Shown one piece after another: positions 1 through 7,943 of a stretch of DNA of 64,000 nucleotides; positions within the stretch are counted from its first letter, which is position 1; each line of letters starts with the position of its first letter. The stretch comes from Candidatus Poribacteria bacterium (GTDB lineage: Bacteria; Poribacteria; WGA-4E; WGA-3G), in assembly GCA_965242965.1 (NCBI GenBank), contig OZ251518.1, forward strand, positions 224,001 to 288,000, in the 5' to 3' direction. The notes under the pieces are model-generated. The model saw nothing but the letters and a program-made list of their open reading frames with translations, did no database searches and was not told where the DNA came from. Made by a program: the position numbers and the translations under genes.

Positions 1-2456
1 GTTAGCACGCGCCCCTGCATCGAAGGAATAGCCACAACACTTGCCTTCGCCAACGTTTCCGCTTCCCCATACGCCGCCGACGCATAGCCGTGCTGCTTAA
101 ACCATGTCAAACAGAAACGCGTCCGCGGATCGAACTCTCCCTCCTGCTGCTCATGATAATTGTCGATCTCGCGGTTAATCGCCATCAGTGCCTCGCGCAC
201 CGTAACCTCCACTAACTCCTCATCGCGCATCGTTTTGACGCTACTATAACGAGAGTAGACCTCCATCCCGGGCCCGATGGCGGCTTGCGCCAAATCTACA
301 GGCGCGATATGCGCCTCGCGCGTCAGCCTATCCAATGCCGCGGGCATCTCATTCCTGAGGGCAGTGAGGAACCCGCCGTAACTGATGTTCGATGCCGATT
401 CAGGACGCGGCCGACAAACGAGGACGATAGATGATGCGAGCACGTTCTTCCCTTTCTTAATCCCGGTAGGCAGTTCAGTCCGCATTGGCCATGTGCCAAC
501 GATTTGGAAACCGGCGGAGATAAGCGCAGTAAGCATTGTCTCCCATCCGGTGGAAGTTCTGCCATCTCGTTCCTTTTCCTCTTGTTTATAGGCATAGAAG
601 ATAGACGAAGGAAATTGGTTTGAACACCTTTCCCGGATCCGGCGGAGTGTTTTGTGCAACAGTTCCTCAAAGCGCCCTCGCGAGTTCGCAAACCGCTGCT
701 GATTCGCAATCATTTCTTCCGTTTTAGGGGTTGACATACCCGCAAATAATTCCGGATAAATACCACGAAGTGGATTCCTCAACCAGACATAGAAGAAATC
801 AGAAAAATCGGCATACCCTATATTGTCATAATAGGGCGGATCGGTGACGATGACAGGCCCGCCTGCCACGTGCGGTGTCTCGGCGGCATCCGCTTGAAAT
901 ACTTCTCCAGCATTTGCTGAAGCAGGCAGTCGCTGCACCACATTCGCTATCGATTCCACTTGTTTTATCCAGTTTTGAGTTGAAGAAGAAAACGGATTCG
1001 TCTCGGCAAAATCCCACCTCATTCCAATTGCCTGAACTCCGAAAACCCCGGTTATCTTGTCTCCCGTATTCTGCCATCCGGTGCAACGGGAACCACCATT
1101 AGCAGATTTCCCAATAGCAAGAGTTAGATAGCTGCATACTGCATCAGCGTAATCCACTGTTGCTCCACACTGTAAGATTTGGCTTCGGACCTCGTTCTGC
1201 AAGTCACTGAAGGAAGTTAGTGCCCTCAATTGTCGACCTCTGAACAGTTGATGCCAATGCGTGACTCCGTAATTCTGCACACGTAAATTTGGGGATTCCT
1301 TTGGCAATCTTGTGCTAGGTCGCCAATTAGGTTTGGCGGCAAGAGCAACTTCAATGTGTTCCTCAGTAGGCGGCAAAAATAAACGTTGTCGATCTCCTTC
1401 AGCAACTATCGCAGTCATTGTTTCGCCCATTTTGCCAGCTCTCGCTTGTTCACGAACATAGGGCAGTTTTACCGGTGTTCTACAAGCAAGACAGATGGCA
1501 CCGTTACGGTTTACCGTCCCCTTATCAGGCACGCCAGCATCATGGTTTTGCACGACAAAGGAAACCGTATTTGACTCGCGATCCACAACGGGCCGAATCC
1601 AATGCTCATTTCCCTTTTTCTTCGACAACTGAAATGTCTTAAGCAGCGGCATCGCTATACGACATGCGGGATTAGCGCAAGGCACCGTGCGTGCCCACAG
1701 CCATGCGATGACAGTCGCCTCTGTCCCATCAGCCGTTTTCACCTTCGGATAAAATTCGCCGATGCGTTTATATGCCTCTTCGCGCATCCAATTTCCGTAG
1801 TAACGGATGTCGTTTGCTAACCCGGCGGTGCCGGTCCACGCAACCTGTTCTCGCCTTCTACCGGTGCCGACGAACATGCCCAACGGATCTGCCTCCGGAT
1901 TCACCGGCGGCTGATTACGGAACGGATGTGGCAACTCTATCATCGCTTTGTTGAGTAACACCGCGACTGGGTTAAGATCGGAGGCCACGGCACGAAGACC
2001 GAGTTGTTGTGCTGCAAGCGGAATAGAACCGCCGCCGCAAAAGGGATCGTGAATAGGAAGGGCTCTCTCACGTAAGTAAGAAAGAACTTCACCAGATTCT
2101 GTAGGGGCAGTTTCGCCGTGAGAACGCGCCACAGAACGTGCAATCTCATAGCGTGCTGCCGCCAGAAGTGACTCGTCGCTGCTATTTTCCCATATCACGA
2201 GTTGCCTGATAATCGCGTGGAGCCGCTCACGCTCCCTCTCCTGATCGGTTTCAGTAGGAAATTCCCCCAGGCATTCAGAGGGATCGTCTACCATACTTGC
2301 GAAAATAACTGCCCGACAAGCAGCAAGAGGACGACGAGCCCACCATAAGTGCAGCGTGGAGGGATGGCCATGCCGTATTGACTTCTCGCGCGCAGATTCA
2401 CGATTGATGTCGTCTAACGGCAAATCGACTTCAATCAGTTTCTTTCGGTAGTTCAT
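1..2456 (-). CDS. DUF1156-domain adenine-specific DNA methyltransferase (3' end runs off window)
   Basis: Not in ORF track because it is open at the window edge. Manual translation from ATG 2456 gives MNYRKKLIEVDLPLDDINRESAREKSIRHGHPSTLHLWWARRPLAACRA (DUF1156 signature), DPFCGGGSIP (SAM motif I, ~2050) and IVTDPPYYDNI (~840), all in one frame. Confidence 0.9.
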   Translation of the reverse strand, partial: MNYRKKLIEVDLPLDDINRESAREKSIRHGHPSTLHLWWARRPLAACRAVIFASMVDDPSECLGEFPTETDQERERERLHAIIRQLVIWENSSDESLLAAARYEIARSVARSHGETAPTESGEVLSYLRERALPIHDPFCGGGSIPLAAQQLGLRAVASDLNPVAVLLNKAMIELPHPFRNQPPVNPEADPLGMFVGTGRRREQVAWTGTAGLANDIRYYGNWMREEAYKRIGEFYPKVKTADGTEATVIAWLWARTVPCANPACRIAMPLLKTFQLSKKKGNEHWIRPVVDRESNTVSFVVQNHDAGVPDKGTVNRNGAICLACRTPVKLPYVREQARAGKMGETMTAIVAEGDRQRLFLPPTEEHIEVALAAKPNWRPSTRLPKESPNLRVQNYGVTHWHQLFRGRQLRALTSFSDLQNEVRSQILQCGATVDYADAVCSYLTLAIGKSANGGSRCTGWQNTGDKITGVFGVQAIGMRWDFAETNPFSSSTQNWIKQVESIANVVQRLPASANAGEVFQADAAETPHVAGGPVIVTDPPYYDNIGYADFSDFFYVWLRNPLRGIYPELFAGMSTPKTEEMIANQQRFANSRGRFEELLHKTLRRIRERCSNQFPSSIFYAYKQEEKERDGRTSTGWETMLTALISAGFQIVGTWPMRTELPTGIKKGKNVLASSIVLVCRPRPESASNISYGGFLTALRNEMPAALDRLTREAHIAPVDLAQAAIGPGMEVYSRYSSVKTMRDEELVEVTVREALMAINREIDNYHEQQEGEFDPRTRFCLTWFKQHGYASAAYGEAETLAKASVVAIPSMQGRVL

Positions 2457-2473
2457 TCAGGTTGTTTACCTCG

Positions 2474-5400
2474 CTATTCATAAACGTTCACGTCAACGTC
2501 CAACTCAACGCTATTTTCCCTGACAGAACGTTCAATGTTTTGGGAGAAACCGTCTGCCTTATAGGCGGTGATGGTAATCTCCACGGTGACTTCGCCGCCA
2601 TCGGTGCCAAGGGGGCCAATGATTTCTTGGCGCAGGTCATCGATGTCGTCAAGGGAGAGTTCACCTCGGACGGTTTTTCGAGCGACGATGCGCTTGGAAC
2701 CAAGTTCTTTCTGGCTCTTCTCGACAGATGCCTTTTCGGGGGAAACCAGCACACCGTCCATTGCGACTATGCCGGATGCCAAGTTCTCGCGGAAATGCAG
2801 GTTTTCGTAAGCGAATGCGGAGGTCGCGTTGGCATAGCCGGTTGCGTATCCGAATTTTCCCTGCGGCACGCCTTGCTCGATGCACCTGATGAGGGTTTCG
2901 GTTTCCAATTGGTTTGCATCGACATGTTCTGGCAGCATGCCCCACAGCGTATCAATGCCGACGTAGTCGCGGGCATCCCAAACGTTTTCCTGCAATATCG
3001 GCGTGAGGGAGTCCAGAGAAAGGCGTGGCTTCAAACCGGCAATGTCCGGCTTGACGATTAAGCCGTTCGGATTGACGGTGGAGACCGGTTGACTAAAACA
3101 GAGTCCCTGATATGCTTCCTGTTCTGCGTCGTAATTGTCGGCATATCCGAACGTGCCGTTGAGGACACCTTCCTTGATAGCATTCGTCAGCACTTCTCGG
3201 TTTCGGAGTCTCGGCATGTAGACATGCTGCGTCATCATTTTCCACAGCGCATCAATGCCGATGCTGTCGCCGTTATCCCAGACATATTGGGTTAACAGCG
3301 CGTTCAGCGATTCGGGGGTTTCATATTCGATGAGTGCCTCTGTTGCCTTGAAGGTATCAAACGCGCTTTCAACGATGTCGCCGTTCTCCAAAATGCGGGT
3401 TTGTTCCGGAAACATCTGGAATTTGGTAACCTGCGGGTCCAACTGCGCGGGTGCGATTGCCCATCGGTATGCCTTCGGTATCGTGCTACGGATGAGTTCT
3501 TCCGCTCTTCGCAGGCTTGCTTGTGCCTGTTGAAGCCGTTCCCCCGCGAGGTTTTGGACGCGGCGTTCGCCGGCGAGGATAGATTTCCACGCCAGATATT
3601 CGCGCGCGTGGATTTTCAAGGTGCGGATGTCGTCATTCTTCGCTGTCAGAAAGAGGAGCGTGTTCCGATGCGTCCGTTCGGCGTTTGCGCACTGCCTGAG
3701 AATGTGCAGCGCGGTTGGCGTTGCATCATCACTTTCGGCGGTGCGGCTCGGTAGCAATTTATCTGGCGGCAGGATGACGAGACGGAGCTCATCTGAGTCC
3801 GGAATCGCGTCCACATTCTCTGGACAGACGATAATTCCCGTTCTTCGCCGGCCGACAGCCTCGCCGAGTTCAGTAACGATATGTTCGTTCAGTTCATCGT
3901 TATTGAGTGCCGCAGCCCGATCGATCGCCACCTTATTAAGATTTTCCTCGGCGTGGAAGAAATAGCGGTTGTCGTCAATGTAGAGATAGTAGAGACTGCC
4001 GGTCATCTCCCGGATAGCCTCGGTGTAAGTGGAGATGCGCTGGCTGGGTTGCACGACCCCGAGGTGGATGCGATTGGCATCGATCCCTTTAATAGCCCCA
4101 CTCGGACAACTGCCGAGGAAGACGGTGCGCGCAATGCGCCGGGCGGCACCACCGAGTGCTGCGAACCGCTGCGTTTCATCAATCACATCCACGCGCGAAC
4201 CGTCGCTGTCTACCTCTGCCAGCACAGCCTCCCACTGTCCCGATAGCAGCTTCTCGAATTCCGCGGCGAGATTCGGATCATTCAACGGCAGATTCCCCGG
4301 CATGATGAGCGGCGATGTGTCTGTCCGATAGAGCCGGCTGATGCAGTTCGCCAGGAGCCGAAGCACGCCGCGTGTGCGCTGAAATGCGTGAATCGATGAC
4401 CAGTCCGAATGGAGCCGGTCAAATATCTCTGGATGAATCGGGTAGCACGCCTTCATCCGCTCAAGGTAACGTTGCTCATGAACGCCGGGTGGAAACTCCT
4501 TTTTTGCTCTGTTATAGATAGCGAGAAAGGCGTTGCAAGTCCGGTCGCGTTCCGCTGTGTCAATTTCGTTGCCGAACAATCTCCGGCGCACGACTTCAAA
4601 CGCCTCGTTCGTCTCCAACGGTTTCCAGATGGATTCAACGCGTCCGATGCGGGCTTCAAGCGTGGCAAGAATCTCTGCGCCTTTCACACCGCCTGCTTCA
4701 AGTTCGCTTTGAGGAAGCGTTACCACAAGCACAACGTTGTCGCTCCGACGCACCACTTCGCTGAGGATCTGGACAAAGGTGTAGTTCACCTCTAAATTCT
4801 CACCGGTGTTGAGCATATAGGCTACCAGTTCGTCAATCAGGATGACACACGGGCCGATGTGTTGGAAGAGTTTGTCGAGCTGTTCTCCGCCGGGAGAGAC
4901 ATCTTGCCGCCTTGCCGCCTCGCGGATAGTTTTGTATGCCTGCTGTCCACCGAGTTGGTATGCCATTACCCCCCACAGCGTATTCAGCGGTTCTCCATCT
5001 TCTGTCACGTTCGTATCCGTGGGTGACAGCCAAGTGCCGGAAAGGACGGCCACCTTCGGCTGGACGCTTCCGTCCCATTCTGCTTCCTGCAAGATACTAT
5101 GAATTTCGGTGCGGGTCTGCACAGATTCGCTATCCGCTGGCATGTTGGCGAGAGCCTCAACGCTATTGACGAGGTGATAGAGCGCGATGAGACTGTGGGT
5201 TTTGCCGCCGCCAAACCCGGTTTTCATCTGGATAATCCGATGTCCGTCCTTACCGCCGAGGCGTTTCAAGGCGTTTACCAACAGCGTGCGGATGCCGCCT
5301 GTCAGGTAGGTCTGGTTGAAGAAACTGACCGGATTGCCGTAGCTAGTTGCGCTGGCTGAGCCATCGTAAACTTGCTGCAGGTCTGCCGCCAACTCCGCCT

Positions 5401-6004
5401 CCTCAAACGTGCCTTGCGTCAGCTCCAGATTCGGCGGGATGACTTCGCGCCACGGCTTAAGTCCGCTGGCATCCGGTGCTGATGTCACCTGCGGTTTCTC
5501 GCGGGTTTGCGGTGGTTCTGCTATCGGTTCAGTTGCGAAGAGCGCGTCGCGGATTTCTTCCACCGCCTGCTTCTCGTCCGGGCAACCGATTTTGCCGAGC
5601 ACCTCGGCGATATGAAACAGACTGGTTCGCGTGTATTCCGCTTCCAGGTCATCCCTGTCGGGATGCGCGGCGTGATTCCGCGCCATCCCGATGAGACGAA
5701 GCCTGTCTTGCACCGTCATATCCGAGGTAAATTGCGGCCCGAAGACCTCGCGTTTCCAATTTCTACTGACGAGATAGGGAAAGTGCCCGATGTCAATGAG
5801 TGCTTCCACGTCAGCACCGCTTGTTGCCAGCCGGTCATCAAATTCGTCTGCTTGTCTCGGCGGCAATGAGTCGTAAACGGCATCCTCAAGACGCTTTCCT
5901 TGCACCCGTTTTAGCGAACGGACGAGGAATGGGCGCATGGCATCACGATAGATGTCAAGTGCCTTGTTGAGTGCATCGCGTTTGGGACGTTCAGTGGTGT
6001 TCAT
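2474..6004 (-). CDS. DUF499 family AAA+ ATPase with N-terminal Swt1-like HEPN domain
   Basis: 1176 aa. Walker A TGFGGGKTH, Walker B ILIDE, LKPWREV and FQRTRGVLRLL motifs typical of DUF499. N-terminal RNHAAH matches the HEPN RxxxxH motif. Lies 17 bp upstream of the DUF1156 gene. Confidence 0.88.
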   Translation of the reverse strand: MNTTERPKRDALNKALDIYRDAMRPFLVRSLKRVQGKRLEDAVYDSLPPRQADEFDDRLATSGADVEALIDIGHFPYLVSRNWKREVFGPQFTSDMTVQDRLRLIGMARNHAAHPDRDDLEAEYTRTSLFHIAEVLGKIGCPDEKQAVEEIRDALFATEPIAEPPQTREKPQVTSAPDASGLKPWREVIPPNLELTQGTFEEAELAADLQQVYDGSASATSYGNPVSFFNQTYLTGGIRTLLVNALKRLGGKDGHRIIQMKTGFGGGKTHSLIALYHLVNSVEALANMPADSESVQTRTEIHSILQEAEWDGSVQPKVAVLSGTWLSPTDTNVTEDGEPLNTLWGVMAYQLGGQQAYKTIREAARRQDVSPGGEQLDKLFQHIGPCVILIDELVAYMLNTGENLEVNYTFVQILSEVVRRSDNVVLVVTLPQSELEAGGVKGAEILATLEARIGRVESIWKPLETNEAFEVVRRRLFGNEIDTAERDRTCNAFLAIYNRAKKEFPPGVHEQRYLERMKACYPIHPEIFDRLHSDWSSIHAFQRTRGVLRLLANCISRLYRTDTSPLIMPGNLPLNDPNLAAEFEKLLSGQWEAVLAEVDSDGSRVDVIDETQRFAALGGAARRIARTVFLGSCPSGAIKGIDANRIHLGVVQPSQRISTYTEAIREMTGSLYYLYIDDNRYFFHAEENLNKVAIDRAAALNNDELNEHIVTELGEAVGRRRTGIIVCPENVDAIPDSDELRLVILPPDKLLPSRTAESDDATPTALHILRQCANAERTHRNTLLFLTAKNDDIRTLKIHAREYLAWKSILAGERRVQNLAGERLQQAQASLRRAEELIRSTIPKAYRWAIAPAQLDPQVTKFQMFPEQTRILENGDIVESAFDTFKATEALIEYETPESLNALLTQYVWDNGDSIGIDALWKMMTQHVYMPRLRNREVLTNAIKEGVLNGTFGYADNYDAEQEAYQGLCFSQPVSTVNPNGLIVKPDIAGLKPRLSLDSLTPILQENVWDARDYVGIDTLWGMLPEHVDANQLETETLIRCIEQGVPQGKFGYATGYANATSAFAYENLHFRENLASGIVAMDGVLVSPEKASVEKSQKELGSKRIVARKTVRGELSLDDIDDLRQEIIGPLGTDGGEVTVEITITAYKADGFSQNIERSVRENSVELDVDVNVYE

Positions 6005-6027
6005 GGTTTAAAAGGGGAGCGCGCCTC

Positions 6028-6180
6028 CTGTCGCGCGGGAAGAACGGTAGGAGAGACCTGGCCCGTAGCGCGGGGGCCTGTCCCCCGCGATCGCGTCGCG
6101 GGGGAAGAACAGTAGGAGAGACCTCCTGGTCTCGATGCAATACCGTATGGAGCACCTCTTGTCGCGCGGGAAGAACAGAG
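6028..6180. repeat. Tandem REP-containing repeats upstream of DUF499 operon
   Basis: Three copies of GTCGCG(CG)GGAAGAAC(G/A)G with GTAGGAGAGACC and GTAGCGCGGGGGCCTGTCCCCCGCG hairpins. Confidence 0.75.
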
Positions 6181-6570
6181 ATAGCCCCTTGGTAGGAAAT
6201 CCAAGGAGCTCCGGTAGCGTTTGCCAACTCCGCGCGGCGCGCAGGAAGGCGTTGCCGTGCGGTTTAGAATGCGAAAATGGAACTTACAATTTGTGAAGGG
6301 GGGGGGGTCTTAAGCCCTAAAAAGTAGGGCATCGAGACCGGGAGCCTACCTGAAAAGGCGAACAGAGCAGGGCGCGAGAGGACAAGCACACGGCCCAGGC
6401 AGAGAGCATTTGGGGGATGCGCGTTCGGCATTTGTGGATTTCGGCTGCAAGGCCAGCGTGCTCGGTGTGCGTCGGTTTCAGCCATAGGTTCACCGTAGGC
6501 GCGCGTCGGCACAGCCCTTATTTTTTCCTGCATCGTCTTATATCCTAATGTTTGCGTTCGTTCGCTTAAT

Positions 6571-7110
6571 TGAGGGTGTTTCATAACTCCGTTATGGATA
6601 CCTCTTTAGGTCCTTTAGCACCTACATGTCTATAGAAAAACAGACATGCCACTGTTTTCAAGGTCCTTTAGGTCCTTAATCCAGCGGCAGCGAGGTGAGC
6701 CGCGGCACATTAAGGTCCTACAGACCTTAGGATGCGCTGCGATGCAAAATGCTATAGACATTAAGGTCTTACAGACCTTAGGCATGGCGAGGGAAACCCG
6801 CTCGGATGCGCGTGTGGCATGCGAGGGCCCAAGCCCTACGGTGAAAGGCGGCGGCCTTGCATATCGTAGCGCGGGGGCCTGTCCCCCGCTTTGGCCAGCG
6901 TCACGATGTCTGTTTCCCCCACTGTAGTTTGTGATCGCCTGATCACAACGGGGTCAGGAGCAGGTGCTCCTGACCTACAAGGGTGATGCGGTTTGTCAGC
7001 CAAACGCGTGGCGAGGGACAGGCCCTCGCCCTACGGTGAGGGGAACCGTTTTTTTTCATCGTATCGCGGGGCGTGTCACCGCGATCGTTGGGCGATTTAT
7101 GAAACCCTCA
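6571..7110. mobile_element. TIR-bounded mosaic REP cassette (MITE-like)
   Basis: Left TGAGGGTGTTTCATAA at 6571, right TTATGAAACCCTCA ending 7110. Interior holds GGTCCTTTAGGTCC/CTATAGACAT-type and GTAG-hairpin modules. Confidence 0.75.
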
Positions 7111-7164
7111 TTATATCCCATATTATACCAAAAAGCGCGTAAAATGTCAAAAGAAAAAAATCAG

Positions 7165-7193
7165 TTGCATTTCCAGAAAAATTGTGTTATATT
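7165..7193 (+). promoter_or_regulatory. Sigma70-type promoter, likely leaderless transcript
   Basis: TTGCAT-17 bp-TATATT, ATG only 6 nt downstream (7200), no SD sequence. Confidence 0.5.
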
Positions 7194-7199
7194 TTAAAC

Positions 7200-7943
7200 A
7201 TGCTCATATTTTATTTAGCCATTGCGGTTTTGACGGTGCCTTTCGGCGCGGGCATCGCCTTCATCTCGCGCACGCAGCAACGCCATTTCGGGATTATCTT
7301 CGGGTTTACGGCAGGTGCAGTCCTCGGCATCGTCTTAATGCTCATGATGCACCTTTACACGGAACAAGGCGGTGCCACCATTTTCGTGATGTGGGGAGGG
7401 TTTCTGCTTATCACGGTGTTGGAATACTTCACGCGGCGGAGGGGAAACGCTCCCCGCACCCACACAAAAAACCTCAGCCTTGACTTAACGCTCCTCGGCC
7501 TGTCCATTCACTCTCTCGCCGATGGGTTCAACCTCGTCATCGCCGAGAGAGAGGCAGCCCTCGGCGGCATGCTAGTTTTGGCAACTCTACTGCACCGACT
7601 CCCCATCGCCACGGTGATGGCGGCCGCACTCTATAAACAGGATAGTGACAAACCGGCAGGGAACACTTTCATTCGGATAATCGGAAAATTGACACCGCTG
7701 ATGTTGGGACCGCTAGTCGGCGCGCTTGCCGGTGAACGACTGCTCCAAGGGACTTTCAAAGAATTCACCGAATATCTGACAGCCTTCGCCGCCGGCACCT
7801 TGTTGCACGTTGTGATGGACGAATTTCGCGCGAGCGAACCAAGCACCGGCCGCATCTCTAAAGTCGTGTTTATCATCGGATTTATCCTCACGTTCTGTCT
7901 GATTTACTTCTTCCAGGGGTTTGACCTTGAGCATCATCACTGA
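7200..7943 (+). CDS. ZIP family metal transporter / permease
   Basis: Multi-TM protein with GLSIHSLADG, LLHRLP and AFAAGTLLHVV ZIP-like motifs and a His tail. Confidence 0.75.
   Translation: MLIFYLAIAVLTVPFGAGIAFISRTQQRHFGIIFGFTAGAVLGIVLMLMMHLYTEQGGATIFVMWGGFLLITVLEYFTRRRGNAPRTHTKNLSLDLTLLGLSIHSLADGFNLVIAEREAALGGMLVLATLLHRLPIATVMAAALYKQDSDKPAGNTFIRIIGKLTPLMLGPLVGALAGERLLQGTFKEFTEYLTAFAAGTLLHVVMDEFRASEPSTGRISKVVFIIGFILTFCLIYFFQGFDLEHHH

Noticed and set aside
2462-3061. Long antisense ORFs (e.g. 2462-3061, 7713-8357, 15009-15794, 58616-59263)
   Set aside because: They are shadows of well-supported genes on the opposite strand in GC-rich coding DNA.
5971-7197. Short ORFs with recurring peptides RGTGPRAT / ARGPVPR / RSAGACPP (also near 18300-19475, 26878-27216, 29984-30462, 38465-39344, 42242-42430)
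   Set aside because: They are translations of the REP repeats, without RBS or protein-like composition.
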